A stretch of DNA of 63,918 nt, counting the filler, from Hausera hauseri (Eukaryota): assembly GCA_046269625.1 (NCBI GenBank). It is 11 parts of 11 records of this genome, joined end to end, with 100 filler letters (N's around TTAATTAATTAA, not from the genome) between each part and the next. Parts side by side here need not be neighbours in the genome. Positions count along the whole stretch, not along the records: positions 37,181 to 41,285 come from JBJURY010759207.1; positions 41,386 to 49,341 come from JBJURY010850968.1; positions 49,442 to 53,868 come from JBJURY010587555.1; 8 more parts are not named here. One strand, 5' to 3'. The position numbers and the translations under genes are program-made. This document shows, piece after piece, positions 37,921 to 49,699 of the stretch (positions within the stretch are counted from its first letter, which is position 1; each line of letters opens with the position of its first letter). The notes under the pieces are model-generated. The model saw nothing but the letters and a program-made list of their open reading frames with translations. It did no database searches and had not been told where the DNA came from.

Positions 37921-40900
37921 GGATTTCTACGAGGGAACAGAGCACCCTTACCAATCAAGTACGTTAAGGAACAAATCGAAGACGAATTACCTGGTATAAA
38001 TGATTACGTAGATGATCGTGAAATATGTAGTATAATTAATTATAATTTAACTTTATACGAATGGTTCGGATTGGAACTAGCAAAACAATGTAAAGGAAAT
38101 GTGTATATACCATGCATTACCGCTTATTCAATAATGGAATTGAAGAATAAGTTAGATGACGAAGCGTTACAAATAATAGAAGAAAAAGAGATTAAGGTCT
38201 TATGGAATAAATACTTAGAACGAGATTTAAATCAAGAACTATCAAAATAAAATTATCAAGATATATATTCATTCTGCAATGTGAATGCTGAAGGACTAAC
38301 CGGTCGAATAAATGCCATACGATACCGCCTAATATTTTGTTCATTACCTATACCAAATGAGAAAGCGAAACTCTTTAAATTGAAAAGAGAAAGACTAATA
38401 TCCCAGAGAAAAACAATTGTACGAAACCGGTTTAACGATCTGGTGAAGTTTGCAACTAAATCCCTTACTTTAGTAACACCCATGTTTATACTATCTCACT
38501 TAATCAAGAAAACGGATGCGAAACTGATTACCAACACTACCATACCAGTTAACAAACCAACGATTCCTTCAATTTCCATATTGAAATATACCGTTTCCGC
38601 AGTAATATAAACACTTTTGATTAGCCTTATAATAGGAGCAGTAATATTCTTTAACAAGAGGGTTAATCGATATAAACGATTTAATTCCACTGGACGAGTT
38701 ATACTACCAACAACTAGCGGATACATAATTGGAAGCAGTTTGATACCCATGACGGAAGCTGGAATCTGTAATAAGGAGATATACGCTTATAGTCGAGCCA
38801 TGGAAGTGACGTCATTAGCACTACTAATAGTGGTCATTTTGGCGATAATTAGTCCCATTGCTATACTGATCAGGAGATCGTATAGAATACGGAAAGAAAC
38901 AAAGAGGGAGAAACAATTAATGTTGGATATAGAAGCAGCAAAGGAGGATCCACCTCCAAAATACGACAATATCGTAAGCAAACCCCCATGTGTTTATAAA
39001 CGATTGGTAGTCCCTATGGCTCTGTCAGCGCTCAATGTAACCACAACTGAGGCAAATGAATTCGATTATGCAATTATTACAACATTACCGGTTGTAGATT
39101 ATAAATCATTCCTATTACTAATGTTTTTAATAGGACTGGCCAGTAGCACGATAGTTGCACTAATAGCGGTAATACTTTATAGATTATGCCAGATAGTAAA
39201 ACACTCCAAAAGAACAATCAAACACCTACCACCTCCTGACTATGAAGAGAATGAAAGAAATTATACTAGACCCAATCCAATACTTTTGTCAACTTTGGTA
39301 ACATGTTGCCTAATAAGTGGTTGCGCTGCTCAACCTATCAATGCCAACAAGATGGACTATGCGAAGTATGTAAAATTTCTATTGTACATATTGGCAGTGT
39401 ATGCAGTCGAACAGCTGACTGAATTAATCCAGTTTGCAAGAATGCAATGGGAAAAGAAAAAACAGGCTAATAGAGAAAGATTCTTAGGTGAAATTTCAGA
39501 CATAATAGTCCCGAAAATAGTATTCAATTATATGATATCCGAGATAGAGATAACCGAAAACCAATGGTCAAAGGATCCTTATATACAGCGCTTATTACAA
39601 GAAGCATCAAATAATCCTACAAAAGAGACGATAAAAAGCCATACATGGCCAAGGGCAGAATTGGAAAATATACCTTGGATGGATAACAAAGAAATATAGA
39701 GGGAACTTAATAGAATAGCCATAGAACGGTACATTATATCGAAAAATAACATATTTAAACCAATAATTGATACTATTTTAATAGAATTTGGAAAAACATA
39801 TGAGGAAGTATCAGCAGAAGATAAGTTCCTACTATTAAAATCATGTGATACAATAAGAAATAATGAAATAACCAAAGGAAATACTTGGGACAATTCATCC
39901 TACCGAAATATAACAGCAATAATAAAAAGATACAAAGCATATAAGAAAAATGAAGTAGAACGATCAATCGAAGTTAATGAAGCAACACATCTATTGCAAA
40001 TGCTTAACAAATTACAAGAATCGGACACAAATGCAGAAAACGAAGTAGTCAAATTAAGACAACAATACCCAAAACAAAATCTACATGAAATAGTACATTC
40101 TCTCCGCCAACAATATTCGAAAAGTTTGAAAACAGAAAATAATGAAATCGAATCAATCAAAGAAATGGTAGAAGAATCAGACATGGAAGTGACCTATAGG
40201 CAAACTTGGATACGAATATTTTTATGGGAAATCAATAGATCTCCAGATAAACGACAATCTCCTGAGTATCAGTACTTGAAATTGCATATTTATAATCCTG
40301 AAAAACAATACTTTACACAAGGGGATGCTTGTGCTTTTAAAACAATAGCACTAGAGGCCCAACAATATTTGAAAACAAACCCTCTTAATCTACATGCAGG
40401 AGTTTTTACATCTTTTATTACTTGGGATATATCCTTATATCAATTACTTAATATAGCTTTATGCAGACCTAAACGATTAAAAATTTCAACTCATGATAAG
40501 GAAATCCTTAGAGAATCAATGAAAGATTGTGGTAACGACCATATAATTAATGGATTGTGGACACATAAAATTCAAAACATCGAAAACAATACTGAGGAAT
40601 ATAAGAAACTTATATGGATAGATTGGTTATTATGGGAGGCCGGATTAGAACACGAACCCCTCACGATAGAATTAATTGAAGTAGTCACTGACATTATGGA
40701 AAAAACAGAGTATTACAAGATATTAGTAAAATCAAATTTACAAACACTGGAAGAACTTCGGCATGAAGTAGAAATATTGTATGATGAACACCTTATAGAC
40801 AAGTTAGCGATAGGAATAGTGCATCTTGATAGAGAAAGGTTAAGAGCACAAAGTAGATATCTTTATAATACAAGAATGAGGATAAACAGCGACATGCCAC

Positions 40901-41285
40901 AATTGCAAATGGAGAAAGAGATTTATGAAAGAAGTCAATATCCTGAAGCTGTCTATAGATTACGAATACGCGAGTACTACGATAAGAAGATCATAGCATC
41001 AGCACATAAATACGGTTATGATAAAGAAGAATATAGAAATAAAATTTGGACGACTCGCCTATTACATCAGATAAAAATACACAAGCCTACTATAAAGCAG
41101 TATGCACAAATGTGTTTGTGTATTAAAGCGTTTAACAACACTAAGTTAGAATTCCAAGGCTATTCCAGGTGTTCCAGATATAAACGAATGACCCAAACCA
41201 TAATTAAAGATTTTAATAAAGGGTTTAACCAACCAACAGAAGGAACTAAATCTGAACAACAGACAATGCTGAAAAAAGCTCAAAA
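37921..41285 (+). pseudogene. Very large unidentified intronless multi-TM polyprotein (>1100 codons, a few in-frame stops)
   Basis: ORFs 38281-38610, 38617-39699 and 39994-end share one frame; repeated hydrophobic segments; PPPKY at 38950-38964 and PPPDY at 39229-39243. Confidence 0.7.
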
Positions 41286-41479
41286 NNNNNNNNNNNNNNN
41301 NNNNNNNNNNNNNNNNNNNNNNNNNNNNNTTAATTAATTAANNNNNNNNNNNNNNNNNNNNNNNNNNNNNNNNNNNNNNNNNNNNCTGGATAACTCTATC
41401 CTTTCTTTGTTCTGTTGAGATTTTAATTGCTTTGTCCATCGTTAAGGTGCGTTGACGATCTATTATTTCTTCCATTTGA

Positions 41480-43565
41480 CTTTTCTTCATTACTGTAATC
41501 GGCATCTACATGTTTATTTCCTGGCTTATACTGGAATTAGATTTTCTTCGATTCACCTGTTTAGTCTGCACGTCGGGTTATTTGCTCGACCCTTTAAAGT
41601 CGTGAGGGCTTTGTGATCAGTGACAATTATAATTTTCTGCCCATATGCGTAAGCGTTAAAATGTCGAAGTGCTTCTTTTACGGCTAGAGTTTCTAATTCG
41701 GCAACAGAATAATTTTTCTCGGCCTCCTTCAAAGATCGTTCTCCATAAGCAATTTGGTGTTCTAATTCTTCATCTTCTCTTTTTGCGCTAATTCTTATCC
41801 AATGCCTTCTTTACTGGCATCTGTCTTGATTATAAAGGGTAAATTAAAGTCTGGATAACGTAAACCAGGTAGCTTGTTAATATTTTCTTCATCTCATCAA
41901 AGGCTTTCTGTTCGACATCCGTCCACTTCCATTTAATTCCTTTTTTAAGCAGACGATATAAAGGTGCATTAATTTTTGAATTATCTGGTACATAAGTGGC
42001 GTAATAATCGCCAGTGCCTTAACTCTTTCCGGTTCTGAGGTTCCATGCAATCTGATATTTTGTTTATTAACGATTTATCTGGTTTTGATCCTCCTTCTTC
42101 AACTATATGGCCAAGGTAGGATACTGCATTCTGGGTACATTTACATTTCTTCGGATTCAGTTTCAATCCGGCTTGTTCTAAACGCATCAGTGTATGTTCA
42201 ATGTCTTTCAAGTGTTCTTCTTCGGTCCTCGACGCTATCATTACGCCACCTAAATACGCAAAAACATGGTCCAGTCCTATTAAAATTTTGTTCATCATTC
42301 TCGTAAATATAGCTGGTCCGGTAGTAATACCGAACGGCATGACATTAAACTAGTAAACACAATCGCGCGTTTTGAATGCTGTCTTATAACAGTCTTCGTC
42401 CTCAATCTCTACTTGCCAATATCCGGATTTTAAATTCAGAGTGGTAAACCATTTCGCTCCTGAGAGTCGATCTGAAGCCTCTTTTACTGACGGCAATGGG
42501 AAAGAATCTTTCATCATAAGATTATTTAAAGCTCTGTAATCGATACAATATCGGTGTTTTGTAGTGGTTTTCTTTTTAACCATAAGGATGAGTGAGTACC
42601 AAGATCTATAACAGGGTCTAATTATGTCTGCTTTAAGCATACGTTCAACTTCTTTTGTTATCTCGGGTCTTAGTGAATGTGGCGGAGGGTACCATTTTGG
42701 CATCTTCTGGTCCTCCAAGTCTATTTCGTCGTTTGAACAAGGCTTTTTCTTAAGTGGAATAGTCAATTTCAACGCTTTTGCTCTACAATATCTTATTCGT
42801 CCTTAGCGATAATCGATTTGTAAAGGAATAATAATTCGTATAATCGACAATAAGATTTAGGAGAGAACTTAGTTTCGACATGAGGTGGAAATTCGTCATA
42901 CATATAAGGCTTTTCTTCAATAGTTATTAATGATACTCTATACCTATCTCCTAGAGTGGTGTAAAGATGAAGTTTAGCGGGAGTTGGTGCATTATTCGCT
43001 ATTCTAATCGGTACACGACCGGAATGTACTCTTGTCAGCACGTTACTGAGCGTTATATTTGGGTTCAATGTTTCCTTTGGTTCAAAAGATACCGGCTGAT
43101 CGTCATCTTGCTGAATCTGTGCGTAAATTATTATCTCCGTTCTCAGTGGAATATTTTCGTCTACTGGTATCCACAATTCTCCAAAATTCCTATCCTTAGC
43201 GTTCCTTACACCTTTATTTGGTCTAATATCTATGAACATCCGTGCTTGTAAGTCGATTGCTATATTTGGTAATCTTTTTGGCAGATCGCATCCTAGGACG
43301 ACGTCGTCAGTTAGCTGTTCCATAATCCCAAATTCGTGACGGAATGTTTGCCCAACTATTTGGACTTCTGGGTTCCATTTAAACATCGGTTTTGACATTT
43401 GTCCAAAAGCTCCTGTACTTCCTGATACTCCTCTTAAATTTGAGATATTGAATCATTTTTGATATAAGACATCTCAGAACCTGTATCTATTAATGCATAA
43501 ACTTCTCAATCTTCGATAATAATTTTAGCGAAAGGTTTTCCTTCTATGACTGTTCCGAAACAGTT
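41480..43565 (-). pseudogene. pol: pol (PR-RT-RH), decayed
   Basis: ALIDTGS (DTGS at 43476-43487), YCIDYRALN, LKSGYWQ, MPFG, YLGG (degenerate YxDD), TDAS, NYSVAELETLA, TDHKAL, YKPG. Confidence 0.9.
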
Positions 43566-44189
43566 TTATGCTATTTTTGGGCGTTTTGACACCGATATTT
43601 CATGTCCATTGATTCGGATCTGTGAGAAGGACACTATGTTCTCCGCCAACTGCCTTAATTCACCGTTTGGATACAGTTTATTATTTTCGATACTTAATCC
43701 TGCCGCTTCATCAGTACTAATTAACGGTTCTCGATTGTTGGTGTGTAACTCGGTGTTCTGGAAGGTTTTTATCCTAGGATTATCCCAGACCATCGATCTA
43801 GTTTCTATATTCTTAGGTCTTCTCGAAGAATATAACAACTTGGGATCGTCCATGGAATGTCGATAACATTTTCTGTAGGATTCCGTACCGTTTCGTTCCT
43901 TCATAAGGGTCCTCTACATTAATGGTCCTTTTATAGATTTCAGTCTGATATGAACTCATGGATCGTTTGTCACAGTCTTTATAGAACGGAGCAGTCGGAA
44001 GCAACATAGGCAAGGGTACTTTGATGACCGAGTATGTCTTATGTCGATTCATTCCTGGCAGTGCCTTTCCTCTCTTAGGCTCATCATCATCTGAATTATT
44101 TCTCTGCGTATTACGTTTTATGAATTTCCGTTTGTACAAGAACGTAGACCTTCTTTTCCGTTTGCGATGATAATAACCAATATGGCGTT

Positions 44190-46092
44190 CTACGTCCGAT
44201 TTCCATTTATTTTCTTTGTATGTTTTAAGAATTTTCCGAAGAGCGTTATAATTGCAGTCAGTATGTTACTTGAAAATCTAGTCAATGTAAATATCTCATA
44301 CCCATTTATTACTGCTTGGATGACTGCTTTGATCATCTGTATCAGGAAATATATAGCTAAAAATCCGGATGCGGCTTGTCTGAATATTAAAAATCTTCCC
44401 CACATTTTGTAAAGTATTTCCGCTGTTACTCGCTGGTAATGGTTTACACCGAGTAAAGATTCACATTTAGCTTGATATCTGGTGTCGGCTACTACAGAGG
44501 CCATGGATAGATTTAATTCATATGTCCGCTATCGCGGAAAAGCGAGAAATTGTCTCAAGGCTTCGATTTACTTCGGCCTGTATATGCCTTTCGACAAGGT
44601 ATCTTAAAATTTATCGTCTGTAATTCCTTTGCAAGATTTGTTTCTGTTAATTTATTTGGAGCAGCAGTAATACCTCAATTTAGTAAACTAACCCAGTCTG
44701 TTTCACTGCGTCTAAACAAGGGCTCTCCTAAGCTTGCTTTACAATCTTTAAGAATGGTTGGTTGCGTCGCGTTATCCAACAATACTCTTGTCAACGGTGT
44801 ATCTAGTCTTGGAATGTTCTGATAAATAACGGGAAGTTCCTGAATACAACGTTTTTCTTCCACATTTATGGGTACATCTCTCTTTTCACACTCATAAGTT
44901 AACAATACTTTGCCCGTAACTCGACCGAAAATTCCTTCTCTTATAGGAATTATGGGAGAAGCTAACTCTCGGTTTACATATATAAGAGCCAATTTAGTCC
45001 GCATGATTTCAGTATCCAATTTGCAGTCATTCGTTATAATTTTGTGACATAATTTTGTTATTCCGACTTGTCCTTTGTAATAGAAGTAATCTTCTCGGTT
45101 TTTTAGGTAATCTTCAATTTGGATATCGCGTTTCTAATTTGTAAGTTTTTGCATTTATTTCCATTTGGGCTACGAAGAACGCCTCGTAGTTTGTGGTGAA
45201 CATTACTACGTCACAACGGGACATCATCTCCTTTTTTATAAATTTCAGTCCGTGCTAATCTGAGATCAATATAGTGGGTGTAGGGTGTTCTGATACATCT
45301 TCGCGTGCCTCAGAATTAGTCTCAGATTTGTCCACATAACGCTTTCCGGTAGTTTCACTAAACTTTAACTCCCTAATTTTAACAAAATTACAGCTTCTTC
45401 CAGAGGGAGGTTGTTATATTATAACAGAACTTCTAAAAACACAAGTTTCGTCTTGTAAGTGGCATTTTTGATTCTCGGTGTATAACTTAGTGACGCTATA
45501 AAACATCACCTTCTGCGATTGCATCTCCGACTCGTAAAAATCCACGACTACCATGTTAGATTGTAATCCTTTTTCGGTGTCATATTCTGCTCCGTAACAA
45601 TGTCCTCTATGCATATCTAATCTTCAAACACTACTTTGTTTGCCTTAATTATCTTTCCGGTTGCATTTCCAATTGCATACTATCCCATTGTATCCTTCCA
45701 GTTTCTTTAGCATGCTTGCAATGTTGACGCTCTAAGTTCATTGGGATTAGCGGAGTTGTCGGCTTGATTATGGAGGAATGTCCGTGTACTAACTCACAGT
45801 GGAAAATACTATGCGATCGTCTCAGCATGCATTCCATTCCATCTAACGATATCAATTCTTGTTGTTGGTACAGGAAGTAATTTTTCTCTCTTGTTTCCAA
45901 CTTGTGCGGTCTGGCATCTTCGCATACTTCCAGATCCATTAGAAAATATCTCTGTCCTAGTTTAAACTTATCGTAGTCGTAAACAGTGACAGCGCTTATG
46001 TGCTTTACTAGCATCACCAAGGTGAATAGGCCGATTAACCAATTTGACTCATTTTTCCCGTGGCCAACATCCGTCGTTGTTAGATTGCGCAA
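44190..46092 (-). pseudogene. env: Chuvirus-like envelope glycoprotein
   Basis: Signal WLIGLFTLVMLVKHISA, VYDY..LMDLEVC, IIKPTTP, GRVTGKVL..C, PLTRVL, KMWGRFLIFRQAASGFLAIYF. Confidence 0.8.
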
Positions 46093-46149
46093 TATATTGT
46101 CGAGTCGATTACAGTTCCGTCTGTCTTCTTCCTTGTCGAACAGTCTCGG

Positions 46150-47570
46150 CTAATTTACTTCGCAGGGCAATCTTCTTGCTGCTTTCCGTGCTAAGCTTAT
46201 AGCTCTATTGATTTCATTTTTCCGGTTCGGGTTTATTTTGATAGCTAAGTATAATAATACTTTTTTCAATTCCTCGTTGGTGTTCTCTACCATAATCCTT
46301 TCAATTACCGATTCATCAGTTAAGTTACTTTTCAATAGTTTGAAACGTGAACTTCGCATCATTTTAGCTGCATTGAATATAATCTTCTCTTTATCATCTA
46401 ATACATCACGTCGAAGACTGGAGTAATTTACGATTCGTATTAGATTCTTCATTAACTCGCTTAATTCCTCATTGTCTGTACGGAGAGTCGGAATCGATAT
46501 TTGTTTCAATTCTCTGATCAATTTTCCATTATAATCCGGTTCTCCTCGCGTTTTCTTGGGTCTACCTACTGGGCGTTTCGATCTCGGACCCTTAGTGGTG
46601 GTCTCACTCAATGGTACTAAATTTATGTCGTATTGTTCCTTATCCTCATCCGTTTGTAAGTATTCAAAATACATCGCAGCGTCTCGGACTCCCATAATTT
46701 GTTCTACGCATTGTTCCGTTTTGGCCTTACGTGTACCTTCCTCCTTTGTCTGTTCATTAGATATTAATGCCACTATCCAATTTGTCTCGCCGGGAATAAT
46801 CCCTACATTTATTGGCTGTTCTAGGTCATCAAGTATTCTGCTTCAAAAATAAAACCTGTAGTTTAACTCGTTTGTTTCGCCGTTGTTTAGCAGCTATTCT
46901 CTTACGTCTCTCACATAGGAATAAGTAGTTAACTCACATTCTTTTTCGTCCATCCACTCGGATGATATAATTACATTTATCGTCACTTCAGGTTTAGCCC
47001 TCAATATTTTAGCGTATTTCCTTATCAAAAGTTTCGGCACCGTGCTATAAATCGTATTTTCGCTACATAATTTAGTTAATGTCGGAATAAGTTGCCTTAA
47101 CGTACTTTCACTAATATTTACGTTAATTAATTCAATTAAATCCTTTTCAATTTGCGCTGAATCCAGGAGCATCTCCATATTGAATCTCCTGTCCTGCGGT
47201 CATGTTTCTATCTCGTTTAGCTGTACTGGAGTCAGGGATTTTTCGGCAATTATTGCATCGAAGTATGCATCCCATTCGGGTTCATTTCCAGCTTCAGGAA
47301 ATCCATGGTCTATCAAAATGGTCTTTGCTCTCTGTACATTTTCTCTGATTTCCTTCAATCTTGGTTGTATTTCTATCATCTGCGTAGTTCGGAAACTTAT
47401 GACGTTTCCACAGGCATACTGAATCAATTTCGGTAGCTCGCCCAATTCATTAGGATCAACGAATCCTTTTTGGTGGTAATCCGTTAATTCTATAATTACA
47501 TCTCTTTGCCATCTTTGTACAAATTCTCGTTTATTTTTAATCTCTGACTCAGTAAGAGCATATTTGTTCT
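46150..47570 (-). pseudogene. ORF-X, unidentified helical protein in frame with env
   Basis: ORFs 47200-47445, 46894-47178, 46150-46773 and 45649-46092 are all in the same frame. Confidence 0.65.
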
Positions 47571-48891
47571 ACAATAATATAATTCAAATATAGCAAGTTC
47601 TATAAATAATATAACTTAATTCTATAATGCAGTCTAATTACAACATCATGCATAATAGATTTAAGCTATTTACAGCTTAATCTATTGTTGGCTCCGCTTA
47701 TTGTCGTTCCATCTACATTTTATTTTTATTTTATTCAGTATCATGTAACGATCATTATGTTACACCCATTAAAAACTTGTTATCTATATCATGTAGATAG
47801 TTATCAAATATAGATTCCGAAAATATTGTACTTGACAAATCCGTTTTATCTCGCCATGGATATCAGTCAATTACATAATCATAGTGGTGAATAATTAATC
47901 GAAATTCTCATTACACCAATCAACTTGACCTCCTACAAATAAGGTGCAGATAATCAAGTTACCGAACCACAACCGAGCTTGCAACCTAATGAGTTGAGTT
48001 GCTTTGCAAACTACAAAGAAAACTACCACGACTGCACCTATTGGGAACGAGAGGCATGTGATCAAAGCGGATTATCATTGACGTTTCGACATAATACTGA
48101 CTCGTATCATGCGCCACTTAGACACTTGAAACTGATCATTCAATTACTTTTATTCTACAATTGAAAAATTATTAAAATACTTATAACAAAATCATCAAAA
48201 TACGGTTTGAAATTTTTACGTAAGGGAATATTCCGTTGTATTCAGGAAACCAAATGGCTCAGAACTAGTAAGAAACAGAAATTAATCTTGATTTGATTGA
48301 TGGTCGCAAGGGTCATAATACCATCGTGGATAATGTTTTTCATTTCATACTATTTGCGTCAACGATTATTACAAAACCCACTCACATTAGTTGGAACTAC
48401 TAGAAAGTATAGACTATCGATTCCTCCGAAATTGTTCGTATGCAAACATAAGCCCATTGTATTCATCAACCTTTAAATTTACTACATGCATAAAAATGAT
48501 TTTCTATATTGGTCGTACAAATAAATGCAATTTTCTAAAGTATAGTTCTTTGTATAATTCGTTTATGTAATGATACAAAAAGATTACGAGAGATAATATA
48601 TTATTACAATCGAACCGAAGGTAACATACTATAAATTATTATAAATTTTATTGTATTTTAGATGGTGTTGATTCGATAGAAACAACGGTTTTGCGTTATG
48701 GTGTAGAGTTACGGAACCATACCCAGTTGTAATTTTGTCAGATATGATAGATCTATCGGAATGTCATTTATCAATATATTGATCCAAATTGATTAGGTCC
48801 TCGCAAAGATAGTAGACACACCGCACGAACATGGTCTTGTTTTAGGTAATGAATATTGTTGCGAGTAATTTTTTTACCATAATAAAGAACT

Positions 48892-49341
48892 AGGTAGAAG
48901 TGAGGACATGACACCAGACCCCTCCCAGGGAAGAAAGCATTGAGCGTGGGAAAATTTTCTGGACCGTGGGAAAATTTTTTGTTATTGAGAAAATTTTTTT
49001 TCCTTCGTAGCTACATTTTTTTGAAAGTTCTATATTCAGAATTTAATTGTGCGTCGAAGGGTGTATGAGTCAACTTCATAGGTCTTTCCCCTGTTATGCT
49101 ACAACACAAAATGTGCCAATTTTGCACTTTCTACCGGCGTAAAGTTGGTTTCACTATTCCCACCTTCTAGAACAAAGCATTCTGGCGTGATCGTGGTTTC
49201 ACTATTCCCACGACATTGTTTAAATTTTTATAAATACCGCTGTGTAAGTGTCACTTATGAAAATGTCTCAACCAGATATCTTGTCATCATTCAAGGCTTT
49301 TCAGCTGTAGAATATTTTAATACTGTGGAAAAGTTGTGTGT
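48892..49341 (+). mobile_element. Polinton terminal inverted repeat (left end)
   Basis: Begins AGGTAGAAGTG, the exact reverse complement of 62549-62559, which ends the Polinton gene block; internal GTGGGAAAATTTT and CACTATTCCCAC repeats. Confidence 0.55.
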
Positions 49342-49699
49342 NNNNNNNNNNNNNNNNNNNNNNNNNNNNNNNNNNNNNNNNNNNNTTAATTAATTAANNN
49401 NNNNNNNNNNNNNNNNNNNNNNNNNNNNNNNNNNNNNNNNNCCAGTATCCCCTCAACAAGAAGGAAACGTCAAGCATTCACAAGTCTTGACGAATACATC
49501 CGAAACAGTGCCTAGCAGCAGATGCAACAGCAGGAACCTTCTATTACTGTCAAGTACAATCTAAACAAATCGTACGTGGACATGAAAGTAAACGTGTCGG
49601 GGACAACAACACTACAGCTGAGGCATGTTCCGCCAGGATGCGCAGTCCGTTGGAATTAGAGGTGGAGAAATTCCTATGCAACAACTGCAAAGTGCAATA

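Larger units (their letters stand above)
41386..47570 (-). mobile_element. Gypsy-type retroelement with order ORF-X - env - PR - RT - RH
   Basis: All domains lie on the minus strand, contiguous, with no LTR or non-coding gap between env and protease. Confidence 0.85.

Noticed and set aside
48246-48845. Decayed spliced gene fragment
   Set aside because: Splice-like sites are present, but there are many stops and no identifiable product.
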